In this document: piece after piece, positions 1 to 8,639 of the stretch
Numbering within the stretch: the stretch's first letter is position 1
Layout: the number at the start of each line of letters is the position of its first letter
Origin: a virus
Direction: 5' to 3' (one strand)
IMG/VR virus record: IMGVR_UViG_3300034066_002191
Length of the DNA stretch: 64,000 nt
Notes under the pieces: generated by a model
Database searches by the model: none
Told to the model about the DNA's origin: nothing
The model's input: the letters and a program-made list of their open reading frames with translations, nothing else
Position numbers and translations under genes: made by a program

Positions 1-40
1 GGTACCAATTGACCAACCGTCCACCACAAGAATCTAAATA

Positions 41-253
41 ATGAAAACTGATCCCATATATATGCCAAGGGAATGGAACACTCCCAAGAGAGAACCCTGG
101 AACGCACCAATACATAATATCCTAAAAGCAATAGATAATCATACTCAAGAGTACTTTAAGAGTGGTGATATTTGGCATCTAGAAAAAGCAGATATGTTGA
201 GACAATACTTAAGAGAACTTAAGAGTTGGATACATAAATCAGAAGGAAGATGA
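41..253 (+). CDS. hypothetical protein (cyanophage-type)
   Basis: 70-aa ORF directly after late-promoter-like CTAAATA (34-40). Confidence 0.7.
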   Translation: MKTDPIYMPREWNTPKREPWNAPIHNILKAIDNHTQEYFKSGDIWHLEKADMLRQYLRELKSWIHKSEGR

Positions 254-420
254 AAAAAATTTTTCTTATTGGAATGTTGGTTATAAGACTCATCACCAAC
301 GAAGGAGTATTCAATGAAGGAAGAAGACCTCAACCAAAAAGACAATTCCCAGAAATCATCAGATTCATCCGAAGACCTGCCAAGCGTGGTAGGAAAAAAG
401 CACGGTTCATTATTGAATAA
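250..420 (+). CDS. small cationic peptide (56 aa, MKKIFLIGMLVIRLITNEG...RGRKKARFIIE)
   Basis: Translated by hand; ATGA start/stop overlap with the upstream ORF; overlaps 314..646 in another frame. Confidence 0.45.
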   Translation: MKKIFLIGMLVIRLITNEGVFNEGRRPQPKRQFPEIIRFIRRPAKRGRKKARFIIE

Positions 421-646
421 ACTTATTTTTGTAATCTGTTGTGCTGTAATTGGATTTGTTGGAATCAACTTCATTGCTTGCAATTTTATGGTCCCAGGTA
501 CAATCAATAGTGCTAATGTAAAAGGAGATCTAAAAAATCCCCCTCCTTTGGACTGCAAAGAATCCGAAAGAAGGGGATACGAAACACTTTTGACAATTTT
601 AACTACAGTGATTGCATTGAGAACTAAAGTCGAAGATAGCGATTAA
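314..646 (+). CDS. membrane protein, holin-like candidate
   Basis: SD GAAGGAG at 301-307; two hydrophobic segments (LIFVICCAVIGFVGINFIAC, YETLLTILTTVIAL); convergent with the lysozyme. Confidence 0.6.
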   Translation: MKEEDLNQKDNSQKSSDSSEDLPSVVGKKHGSLLNKLIFVICCAVIGFVGINFIACNFMVPGTINSANVKGDLKNPPPLDCKESERRGYETLLTILTTVIALRTKVEDSD

Positions 647-1134
647 GACATCCAGAGTTTTCCTTCCGCAGTTCTTCTTCTTGCCAATCCAACTTCAACT
701 TTAGTTCCAGGATTACGATAAAGATAAAGAGCATCAGGTACTTTATCCCATTCTTTATTCTCCAGAACTCTGGTTATAGTATTAAAATTAGAAGATCCGT
801 AGAAGCGAGCACCCAAATTATAACTAAAACTCAAAAGTGCTCCTTGTTGATTTTCATTCATTTCACTCCAATGTGGGATTCTTTGTAAGTGCGGAAGAAA
901 TCTTTGTTCAATATCAAAGATTAAAAGTTTATCGGCATACTCTTGAGTAATTTTTTTTCCTATCTTAAATGGTTGTCCATTAAAATCTTTAGTGCTTCCC
1001 CATCCAATAGTAATTGGCAATCCTCCCGTTAATGGGTCTGGATAAGCGTTTAAATGACAACCCTCAAACTCCTTTATTAATTCAATACCAACTAACGAAA
1101 CATTATTAGGGTTAGTTGGCGTTTCTACTTTTTT
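643..1134 (-). CDS. GH24 phage lysozyme (muramidase) domain, probably expressed as a -1 frameshift fusion to the upstream peptidase
   Basis: GIELIKEFEG..AYPD..TIGWGST catalytic motif, ALLSFSYNLG, GLARRR; no ATG start upstream of the domain. Confidence 0.9.
   Translation of the reverse strand, partial: KKVETPTNPNNVSLVGIELIKEFEGCHLNAYPDPLTGGLPITIGWGSTKDFNGQPFKIGKKITQEYADKLLIFDIEQRFLPHLQRIPHWSEMNENQQGALLSFSYNLGARFYGSSNFNTITRVLENKEWDKVPDALYLYRNPGTKVEVGLARRRTAEGKLWMS
1087..1134 (-). other. programmed -1 ribosomal frameshift signal
   Basis: A_AAA_AAG (1134-1128), then TAG, 7-nt spacer, hairpin GCCAACTAAC/GTTAGTTGGT (1120-1087). Confidence 0.75.
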
Positions 1135-1823
1135 GCATCGAAAATTCTTCCCCACCCATCATTACCTTTTGGAACCCACCTACGAGAAAGATCAGTTCTC
1201 TTATAGACAGCACCCTTACCATTAGTTACTGCACCAGTATAACCATCATTCAAACTCCCAAATGGATCATTAACAACATAATCACCACTAGGTGTTTTAC
1301 CAATCACAACTACCATGTGTCCTCCTGTGGGGTTAGATATAGGACCGCGATGAAGAATGCCAATAACAACAGGTCTATCAGCGGCAAGCTCTCTATCAAG
1401 ATCAGCAAAAGTAAGGCTGTAGGAAAAACTGGATTTAATGCCATATGACGCAAGAACCTTAGTCTGAACCAAGTGATCAGTGGTGTCACCGATTGAGAAA
1501 ACTTTTTGTACATAGGCATCGTCGCCTTTATCTCCTTTTAGTGTACCAGGTTTGAAATACTCAAGGCACATCGCACAGGCAGAAGAGTTGCAAGTTCTAT
1601 TTGCATCTCTATAGTTATCTGTCTGTGGATAGAAAGGAACAGGTAAAATTGATGATTTAGGTTTGTCTTCTTTAGTTCTAAAAATTCTCACCCAATTTGC
1701 ATTATCTTGTATCAACTCTTGTGCTTTCAGTTGCAAATCTTTTTCAAGTTGTTCAACCGCTGCAACATGCTTTGGATTTTTTTCATCATAAAACTTAAAA
1801 AAGTTATGAAGATCTATAAGCAT
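1125..1823 (-). CDS. C39-like cysteine peptidase (endolysin N-terminal module)
   Basis: Q..RTCNSSACAM (Cys), GGHMVVVIG (His), VVNDPFG (Asp). Confidence 0.85.
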   Translation of the reverse strand: MLIDLHNFFKFYDEKNPKHVAAVEQLEKDLQLKAQELIQDNANWVRIFRTKEDKPKSSILPVPFYPQTDNYRDANRTCNSSACAMCLEYFKPGTLKGDKGDDAYVQKVFSIGDTTDHLVQTKVLASYGIKSSFSYSLTFADLDRELAADRPVVIGILHRGPISNPTGGHMVVVIGKTPSGDYVVNDPFGSLNDGYTGAVTNGKGAVYKRTDLSRRWVPKGNDGWGRIFDAKK

Positions 1824-1824
1824 T

Positions 1825-1983
1825 TTAATACCTAAACTCGTCTAATCTATCTAGCAATTCATTTAAGTGTCTATTCGCTAATGCCTTTGGATCACTTGTG
1901 TAATATGATTCAGATAAAAGTTTGTGTTTTTGCTTCAATATTAGAACTTTAATCTCATCTTTTGTTATTTGATTTCTTGGCAT
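1825..1983 (-). CDS. hypothetical protein (52 aa, MPRNQITKDE...)
   Basis: Translated by hand; stop codon lies 1 nt before the peptidase start. Confidence 0.7.
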   Translation of the reverse strand: MPRNQITKDEIKVLILKQKHKLLSESYYTSDPKALANRHLNELLDRLDEFRY

Positions 1984-2019
1984 AAACAAAAAAACTCCGC
2001 TTCTTATTTAGAAGCGGAG
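1984..2019 (-). terminator. intrinsic terminator whose loop carries the late promoter CTAAATA
   Basis: 10-bp stem CTCCGCTTCT/AGAAGCGGAG, loop AAATA, U-tract. Confidence 0.8.
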
Positions 2020-2044
2020 CTTAAAAGTATATAAAGTTTTATTA

Positions 2045-2164
2045 TCAGAATACGCCTGGAATTAGTTGACCTGTGGTGAGATAAGTACCAACAGCAACCA
2101 CAAATGCCAGCATACTTAGCCTTCCGTTAATTAATTCTGCCTGTTCAGTCCATCCGAATTTCAT
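2045..2164 (-). CDS. hli: high-light-inducible protein (39 aa)
   Basis: MKFGWTEQAELINGRLSMLAF: AExxNGRxxM chlorophyll-binding motif; translated by hand. Confidence 0.9.
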   Translation of the reverse strand: MKFGWTEQAELINGRLSMLAFVVAVGTYLTTGQLIPGVF

Positions 2165-2310
2165 TTTTGATTCCTCCGTGTTGTGTTTTGAATTACGATA
2201 AATTTATCTTTGGGTAAAGTGCCTGCGACACAAACTTTGAGTTCATCATCGTTAGCCCAGGCACCAGATTCAACAAGTTCTTGGAGTGCAACTCCAAGTT
2301 GTCCTAGCAT
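2161..2310 (-). CDS. hypothetical protein (49 aa, MLGQLGVALQEL...)
   Basis: Translated by hand; ATGA overlap with hli. Confidence 0.65.
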   Translation of the reverse strand: MLGQLGVALQELVESGAWANDDELKVCVAGTLPKDKFIVIQNTTRRNQK

Positions 2311-2318
2311 ATCAGCAC

Positions 2319-2609
2319 TCACAGATTTTCTTCCTGTTCAGTGAGAATCACACAGTCACTAGTTGGATATGCTGTGCAAGTGAGAATAAACCCACCAGCA
2401 AGCTGATCATCATCAAGAAAGGTTTGATCTTCATTATCTACTGTACCAGAAATAAGTTTACCAGTACAAGCAGAACAAGCACCAGCACGACAGGAAGAAG
2501 GCAGATCGATTTCTGATGCTTCAGCAGCGTCTAGAATATATTGATCTTCAGGACACTCAAAAGTAGTCTCAGTGCCGTCAGGAGATTGTAGAGTAATAGT
2601 ATAATTCAT
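2319..2609 (-). CDS. petF: plant-type [2Fe-2S] ferredoxin
   Basis: [13 protein letters not shown]...LTC motif. Confidence 0.97.
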   Translation of the reverse strand: MNYTITLQSPDGTETTFECPEDQYILDAAEASEIDLPSSCRAGACSACTGKLISGTVDNEDQTFLDDDQLAGGFILTCTAYPTSDCVILTEQEENL

Positions 2610-2695
2610 TCGTAAGTTTTTGATAGTTGATTTACAGAGTGTGCTAGTAGTACAAAGAATGCAATACTAGTTACGGTAAAGATAACTTCAGTCAT
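2606..2695 (-). CDS. small single-TM peptide (29 aa, [20 protein letters not shown]...)
   Basis: Translated by hand; start and stop overlap both neighbours. Confidence 0.55.
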   Translation of the reverse strand: MTEVIFTVTSIAFFVLLAHSVNQLSKTYE

Positions 2696-2904
2696 CAAAA
2701 GATACCAAAGAAAAGTTTGCCAGTGAGAGCATAAGAGATGATACCAGAAACGACACCAATCATTGCCCAACGAGAATTCGCTTTTTCTGCCTTCACAGCA
2801 TAAGGTTCAAACCCATAACGCTCAATATCTTCTTGGGACATCCACATTGTTGGTTCTTTGGCAAACATATTCATTTGGCCAAATTCATTTTTTGTAACGG
2901 TCAT
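2695..2904 (-). CDS. hli: high-light-inducible protein
   Basis: AEKANSRWAMIG...TG motif. Confidence 0.88.
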   Translation of the reverse strand: MTVTKNEFGQMNMFAKEPTMWMSQEDIERYGFEPYAVKAEKANSRWAMIGVVSGIISYALTGKLFFGIF

Positions 2905-2931
2905 TTATTTTTTGTAAAGTTTTACAACAGA

Positions 2932-2960
2932 ATTATATAGGAAGGTGGGGGACATGTCAA
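2932..2960 (-). promoter_or_regulatory. sigma70-type promoter for the hli-petF operon
   Basis: TTGACA-N17-TATAAT, perfect consensus. Confidence 0.85.
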
Positions 2961-2978
2961 GCCCCCCATGTCACGAGA

Positions 2979-4445
2979 TCAGAACTTGAAGGTCGTCTGG
3001 ATTACGCCACCCCAGTTGGAATCGTTGTTAGCAAGACGCTGATTGTCACTACCGTAAATGATAGCAGGAGTAATGCTGATGTTATCGGACACTTGATACT
3101 TATAGAAGATTTCAAGAAGAGTGGACTTCTCAAGGTTCTCACCAGTAGGAGCTTGACCGATAGCAACACCAGCAGAGTTGCCATCAACAAACACATCATC
3201 CCAAGTTAGACCAGCAAACCAGGACTGACTATTGGTAGCATCACTTTGGGTGCCACTTACAGTGTTCCAACCATAACCTGCGGAGATGGAAGGTGCCCAA
3301 CCAGATTGGGTGGGTTCCCAGTATGCGTTGATGGCATAACCGTTAGAAGTTTGACCAGGAACCAGAGTACCTGATGCGCCGTTCAGACCATTGTAGGTAC
3401 GAACACGGGTGCCTTCAGTACCATAACGATAACCGAAAGCAGCGCCCCAGTTGGTGCCACGATAACCAATCTGTGCCAGAGTGTTTAGAGCGCCAGAACG
3501 ATCAAACTCACCAGTGGAACTATCGCTGCCGTTTTGTGCAACATAGTTTACACCAGCAACAAGACCTGTCTTCTTACCATATTGGATACCGAAACCAGAA
3601 CCAACTGCTTTGTTATAAACACCAGGAGCACCTGCTACTTGGAAGAAGTCAAGGATCTTAGATTCATATGCTGAAGGAACCCAAGCAATTTCAGTGTTGC
3701 GAACAAGAGCACCGGCAGTGATAGTTGTGGTGTTATTGAATGCAGGGAATGAATAGTACAGACGGTCAATAACTACATTGTTACCAACTTCACTGGAAGT
3801 GTTGTCTGCTTTATCCAGTTTGAAAATTGAAGAACTTGAACCAAAAGGATTGCTGCTGAAGTTAGCAGAACGCAGACGAGTGCGAAGCAGATCCTTACCA
3901 GTGAATGAAGTATCCAGGTTCAGACGCAGATCATAGTTAAATGCAGTGTGGGCAATATCACCATCTTTAGTTTTGTAATCATCAACACCACCGATTACGA
4001 AGTTTGCTTCACCACGAAGTTTAGTAGTGGTAGAGAACTGTTGTGCTTCAAGTGTAGTGACTTGTGCTTCCAGTTTGTCTACACGACCACGAAGAACAGC
4101 AAGTTCTTGTGCGAATTCTGCCTGAAGTCGCTTCAGTTCATCAGTAACTTCAGTCACACGATCCAGACATGCATTCAGAAGTGCTGCTGCCTCATAGCGA
4201 GTCATTGCACGACCACCACCAAAGGTTCCATTGGGATAACCAGCAACGCAACCATAACGCTCTACAAGGTTGCTGAGTGCCTGATATGCCCAATCGGTAG
4301 GACGAACATCAGAGAATTGAGTGATGCTAGTGACCTGGTCTTGTGAATATTGATTTACTCCAGATGTGAGGTCAGCAGCCATCGCTGCAGGAGCAACAAT
4401 ACCTAAAGCAACAGGTGCAAGCATCAGTTGTTGAAAAAATTTCAT
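2979..4445 (-). CDS. cyanobacterial outer-membrane porin (SLH domain + OprB-type barrel; Som/iron-uptake porin family)
   Basis: Signal peptide from MKFFQQ, FSDVRPTDWAYQAL..YGCVAGYP SLH motif, coiled coil, FSTTTKLRGE, C-terminal Phe. Confidence 0.92.
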   Translation of the reverse strand: MKFFQQLMLAPVALGIVAPAAMAADLTSGVNQYSQDQVTSITQFSDVRPTDWAYQALSNLVERYGCVAGYPNGTFGGGRAMTRYEAAALLNACLDRVTEVTDELKRLQAEFAQELAVLRGRVDKLEAQVTTLEAQQFSTTTKLRGEANFVIGGVDDYKTKDGDIAHTAFNYDLRLNLDTSFTGKDLLRTRLRSANFSSNPFGSSSSIFKLDKADNTSSEVGNNVVIDRLYYSFPAFNNTTTITAGALVRNTEIAWVPSAYESKILDFFQVAGAPGVYNKAVGSGFGIQYGKKTGLVAGVNYVAQNGSDSSTGEFDRSGALNTLAQIGYRGTNWGAAFGYRYGTEGTRVRTYNGLNGASGTLVPGQTSNGYAINAYWEPTQSGWAPSISAGYGWNTVSGTQSDATNSQSWFAGLTWDDVFVDGNSAGVAIGQAPTGENLEKSTLLEIFYKYQVSDNISITPAIIYGSDNQRLANNDSNWGGVIQTTFKF

Positions 4446-4514
4446 AGAAATGTTTTTGTTTGTTCTATAGGACAAAAGGTTAAGAATTGTAACAGAATTC
4501 CCAACCGAGTATTT

Positions 4515-4543
4515 ATTATAGGACGCTTCCCAAAATTTGTCAA
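4515..4543 (-). promoter_or_regulatory. sigma70-type promoter for the porin, overlapped by late ATAAATA
   Basis: TTGACA-N17-TATAAT followed by AAATA. Confidence 0.85.
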
Positions 4544-5331
4544 GCGTCTGACTTAGATGGTTCGGTAATCCGACCAAGATATGGGTCAAACGAAGTGATT
4601 TGATCTACCGTGAAATCAGCTCCTCTTTGATGCCAAAAATTTCTAATTCCATCATGACTATTACGATGAAAAATATCAATATGATCAGGATGGATTGATG
4701 AACCAAGTTCAATTTTATAGAGAAAAATTGGAGTAGCATAAGTACACCCAGAATTATAAATCAAATCATCGGCTACTGGACGAGGCTTAACTCCGTTATC
4801 AAGTTTATACTTATCCCCACGAATATGATACTTTATAAGTTTTTCTGCATGATGCCTTGTAATGACATAACAAGCAGTTGAGAAGTCATTGACAAATCTT
4901 GTATGAATTGGCACCACAATATCACCAGTACAAATGATGGCAAGTTGAATGACATCCCAACAATACGGAACTCTAGCAATAAAATCAGCCCAAGTAAAAT
5001 TCCAACAATGTGCAAGACTCATATCACAGTCATCTTCCATAATAATCGCATAAGGACTGTCAGAAGTATTATACCAGTGATTAATTGCTTTCAAATGTGA
5101 TGTAACACACCCAATTTCACCAGATGTCATCATATCTGGATACTTACCTTTAATAATGTCACTTAAATCATCATCTCTGCCATCATGCGCAGAGATTCTC
5201 ATATAATTTTCAATTTCCCAGTGTTTGAACTGAGATTCCATGTATTCCCACCTTTCTGGTTGATCGTCCAAATTAATACAGTAAACTGGACCAAAATTTT
5301 TTAGTTTGTGTGTAGATTTATTTTTTTCCAT
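4540..5331 (-). CDS. glycosyltransferase family 25
   Basis: YCINL, GEIGCVTSH, IMEDD motifs. Confidence 0.85.
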   Translation of the reverse strand: MEKNKSTHKLKNFGPVYCINLDDQPERWEYMESQFKHWEIENYMRISAHDGRDDDLSDIIKGKYPDMMTSGEIGCVTSHLKAINHWYNTSDSPYAIIMEDDCDMSLAHCWNFTWADFIARVPYCWDVIQLAIICTGDIVVPIHTRFVNDFSTACYVITRHHAEKLIKYHIRGDKYKLDNGVKPRPVADDLIYNSGCTYATPIFLYKIELGSSIHPDHIDIFHRNSHDGIRNFWHQRGADFTVDQITSFDPYLGRITEPSKSDA

Positions 5332-6137
5332 TAGATCCTTATCCACATTTCAGGTATTAAATCTTTTGTATTTTTATCAGAGTTACATTCCCCAAACCAT
5401 TTTATTGGTGCAATTACCTTTTCGGAATTTGCCAACCAAGCACCCCACCAAGAAAAAGAGGAATTCGCAATAATATGATATTTACACAAAGTCATAAGAC
5501 ATAAATCAACATAATGATCTCCAGATTCTGATATCATAAATCTATCGGAATTGAATATAGATTGCTCTTTGCACCATGCAATATCATCAGAAAAAATAAT
5601 AACTGGAATACCAGGATCCAAAAGTTCCAGTGCTTTGATGTAATAATCCAAATTCAATGGCGTGTGATTTAGATTGGTCAAGTAATCAGTGCGGCGAATA
5701 TGAAGGCTAACTGCGTCTCCGACTGATTTTATCATATCTTCGCAGGGTTTTAGAATTTCCTTTTTAAATACAAAATCTTCTCTGATTTCTTTTTCTATAT
5801 GTTTAAAGTATTTTTCTGATTGGAAAAATCCAGCAAGAGCAATTTCATCTGGACACATATTAAAAAGAACTTCGTCAAAATGAAAATGTCTTTCTTCTGC
5901 TATTGGGGCATATCCTCTGTCAAGCAACTTAATATTTCTCTGTTGGACATGAAGCATTTCGAATGGATAAAATAATTCTATTTTCATATCAAATCCATAA
6001 GGATCTTTAATTATATGACTATGATTTGGAATACAAAAATCATAGCCACGATTATGAGCAATACCTCTTAATGAAGCATACTGAAACATTTGATTTCCAA
6101 GTCTGCCCAACTGCCCCAAATGATTAAACGCTAACAT
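5331..6137 (-). CDS. GT11 alpha-1,2-fucosyl/colitosyltransferase
   Basis: GRLGNQMFQYA, HIRRTDY, IIANSSFSWWGAWL. Confidence 0.93.
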   Translation of the reverse strand: MLAFNHLGQLGRLGNQMFQYASLRGIAHNRGYDFCIPNHSHIIKDPYGFDMKIELFYPFEMLHVQQRNIKLLDRGYAPIAEERHFHFDEVLFNMCPDEIALAGFFQSEKYFKHIEKEIREDFVFKKEILKPCEDMIKSVGDAVSLHIRRTDYLTNLNHTPLNLDYYIKALELLDPGIPVIIFSDDIAWCKEQSIFNSDRFMISESGDHYVDLCLMTLCKYHIIANSSFSWWGAWLANSEKVIAPIKWFGECNSDKNTKDLIPEMWIRI

Positions 6138-6951
6138 TCAATTGGCTCCTTCTTTCTTTGATATAATTCTGCGACTCATAATATCTTGTTATTGTATCTC
6201 TATCCCATGTTCTGATGTTTTGCCAAAGATTGTGATTGTCCATAAACTTTGGATTATGGTAATGGGAATTAAAGGTCCTGGAATGTTCCAAGTGATACAC
6301 AATGTCATTTACTCTACCGACCTTATATCCGAGTGCCTGAAGTCGATAATAATATTCACAATCTTCTGCTCCCCAAGAAATAAAATTTTCATTCCACATA
6401 TAAGAATCAATATAAACTTGGCGTCTAATCATCTGGCCCCATCCCATAACAGATGGCTGGAGCTTTGATGTCGAATTCAATGCTCTCAGATCAAATCCAG
6501 ATTCAATAAAAGACTCAAATGATGAAATTGGATAATCTACTGCATATTGATATACTCCACATCCATAAGGATAAACAGCATCAAATGCACCACTAGAAAT
6601 CATTTCATATGCATTAACATAACTTGCAGTGGGATAAACAACATCAACATCATAATTATAGACAATCTCAGTATCAGATACCATCAGAAGATCATTGAGA
6701 ATCTTAGTCTTATGAAAAAACTGATCGTCGGATTTCTCAAATATATGAGCCAAATTATCAGGAGATTTACCAAAAATATTTTTAATTACTGGGATAGCAC
6801 TGGAAGAAAATACAGATTCTTTGTCTACTTCTTTTACAATTATTTTACTTTGAGGAAAGTGGTGCGTAATATAAGAAACTGAAGTAATTATATTTCTTAG
6901 TCTATCTTCACTCTCGATTCTACATGGCATTAAAAATGTAAGACTATTCAT
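6124..6951 (-). CDS. GT-A glycosyltransferase (GT2/GT7 C-terminal type)
   Basis: YDVD DxD motif, NENFISWGAED, YHLEH. Confidence 0.8.
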   Translation of the reverse strand: MNSLTFLMPCRIESEDRLRNIITSVSYITHHFPQSKIIVKEVDKESVFSSSAIPVIKNIFGKSPDNLAHIFEKSDDQFFHKTKILNDLLMVSDTEIVYNYDVDVVYPTASYVNAYEMISSGAFDAVYPYGCGVYQYAVDYPISSFESFIESGFDLRALNSTSKLQPSVMGWGQMIRRQVYIDSYMWNENFISWGAEDCEYYYRLQALGYKVGRVNDIVYHLEHSRTFNSHYHNPKFMDNHNLWQNIRTWDRDTITRYYESQNYIKERRSQLNVSV

Positions 6952-7795
6952 AACTCACCTCAACCCAACTATCCAAAAGAAGATCGTCCATATTATAATG
7001 ACTATACATAGATCCAAACCAAGGTTTAGGAGCAACAATAGGTTGTGTTGGATTCCCAATCAACCAAGCACCCCACCAGCTCATTGTGCTGTTGGCAATA
7101 ATTCCTCCGGTGCAAAGAGACATCATACATAAATCAAAATAAGGAATTAGTGCTTTTTGTCTTCCCTGAAGAGTGTCACAAGTTTGTGGGTACCTTTCTG
7201 TATATTCAGAAAGCATAAACCTATCATCCTGGAACAATTCTTGTTCTCTGCACCAATCAATATCGTCAGAAAATACAAGCACTAGAGAATTTGCATCAAA
7301 ATGCTCTAGTGCTTTTTCATAATAAGAGATCGGACAAGCTGGATGCGCCTCTGGTTTAACCAAATAATCTCCTCGTCGCACATGAAGAAAGATTGGGTCA
7401 GAAAGATCATCTACTATTTCTCTACAAGGATTTAAAATAACATCCTTAAAAGTATAATCTCCACGAATAATATCTTTTACATTTGAAAAATATTTTTCTG
7501 AGGTAAAGTAATCATGAAGATTAACATTGTCTGGACAACTATCAAAAAATTCCTGGACGAAATGGAATTCCCCTGTGGAAATACTTTGTGTATTTAATAT
7601 TCCAAAGTTACTTTCGACTACAGACTCCATTGTAAAGCAGTCAAACAATCCGTAGTTTGAGTCTCCGTAGCTATTTGGTGAAGGAATTGTCCAATCAAAT
7701 CCACGATTTGCTGCAATACCACGAAGTGCAGCATACTGAAACATTTGATTTCCCAAACGCCCATTTGATCCTAGATGATTATAACTTATCGTCAT
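6944..7795 (-). CDS. GT11 alpha-1,2-fucosyl/colitosyltransferase (second paralog)
   Basis: GRLGNQMFQYA, HVRRGDY, IIANSTMSWWGAWL. Confidence 0.93.
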   Translation of the reverse strand: MTISYNHLGSNGRLGNQMFQYAALRGIAANRGFDWTIPSPNSYGDSNYGLFDCFTMESVVESNFGILNTQSISTGEFHFVQEFFDSCPDNVNLHDYFTSEKYFSNVKDIIRGDYTFKDVILNPCREIVDDLSDPIFLHVRRGDYLVKPEAHPACPISYYEKALEHFDANSLVLVFSDDIDWCREQELFQDDRFMLSEYTERYPQTCDTLQGRQKALIPYFDLCMMSLCTGGIIANSTMSWWGAWLIGNPTQPIVAPKPWFGSMYSHYNMDDLLLDSWVEVSYE

Positions 7796-8613
7796 TATTT
7801 TTCCAAGTAAGTTTTATAAATGTAATCTTCATTGATAAGAAAGTTCTCAACAATTTCTAGATTTTCTTTTACCGCATCAAGTTTATCATAGTATAGTTCC
7901 TCTGTCAACTGAGAAAGATCAAAGTCATCAGTGAGTATGATGATGCCTTTTGGATTGAAAAACTTTCCAATATCGGGAGAACCATAATAAATTGGAATGG
8001 TTCCAGTAGCAAAACAATCTTGAATCTTTTCTGTAAAATAAGATTCATAAGAAGCATTTTCAATGGCCACAGAAAACATATAATCTACTAGACCTTCTTC
8101 TTTAGATTCAATTTCATTGAATCCCCTACCATAAAAATCAACTTTACCTTGAAGTTTTTGTGCCCAAGTCAGACGATGTTGATGTCCCTCACATATTACC
8201 TTATTAGAGCAAATCATGGAGACTAATTTAGTTTTATCATAGAGTTTTGGTTCGGTGATCCAACTTCCATACAAAGGAGCAAACTTAAATTTAGAATGCA
8301 ATTTAAGTAAATCTTTATGATGCGTAAAAATTGCATCATAAACTCGAACATAATAGAGGTAATTTCTCTTCACATCTTCAATGACCTCTGGACAAATATT
8401 TGCAGATTCTAATAACCAGGCATATTTCTTTTTGCTGTGCGTGTCATCAAAAGCAAGACTAATGTAGCGGTCTATATAAAAAGTTTCTTCTGCTCCAGAA
8501 TCAACCCACTTTATGAACTTTGATTCTTGTCTATGAATAGATGATGCTTTGTTGTTATTGTCGTAGTTGTTAAACCCACCACCAACTAAATTATATTTCT
8601 TTTTAATAGTCAT
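7795..8613 (-). CDS. GT10-like alpha-1,3-fucosyltransferase
   Basis: YMFSVAIEN..Y.TEKI.D.F..GTIPIYYG motif. Confidence 0.8.
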   Translation of the reverse strand: MTIKKKYNLVGGGFNNYDNNNKASSIHRQESKFIKWVDSGAEETFYIDRYISLAFDDTHSKKKYAWLLESANICPEVIEDVKRNYLYYVRVYDAIFTHHKDLLKLHSKFKFAPLYGSWITEPKLYDKTKLVSMICSNKVICEGHQHRLTWAQKLQGKVDFYGRGFNEIESKEEGLVDYMFSVAIENASYESYFTEKIQDCFATGTIPIYYGSPDIGKFFNPKGIIILTDDFDLSQLTEELYYDKLDAVKENLEIVENFLINEDYIYKTYLEK

Positions 8614-8639
8614 ACATAAGATAATAAATTACAAATTTT

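Noticed and set aside
145-558. 137-aa - strand ORF
   Set aside because: Antisense shadow of the + strand genes, which have a late promoter and SD; no recognisable motif.
2912-2926. TGTA..TACA palindrome as an NtcA site
   Set aside because: The spacing is GTA-N6-TAC, not N8.
4446-4589. N-terminal extension of the porin ORF in the track
   Set aside because: It spans the porin's own promoter; the signal peptide begins at ATG 4445.
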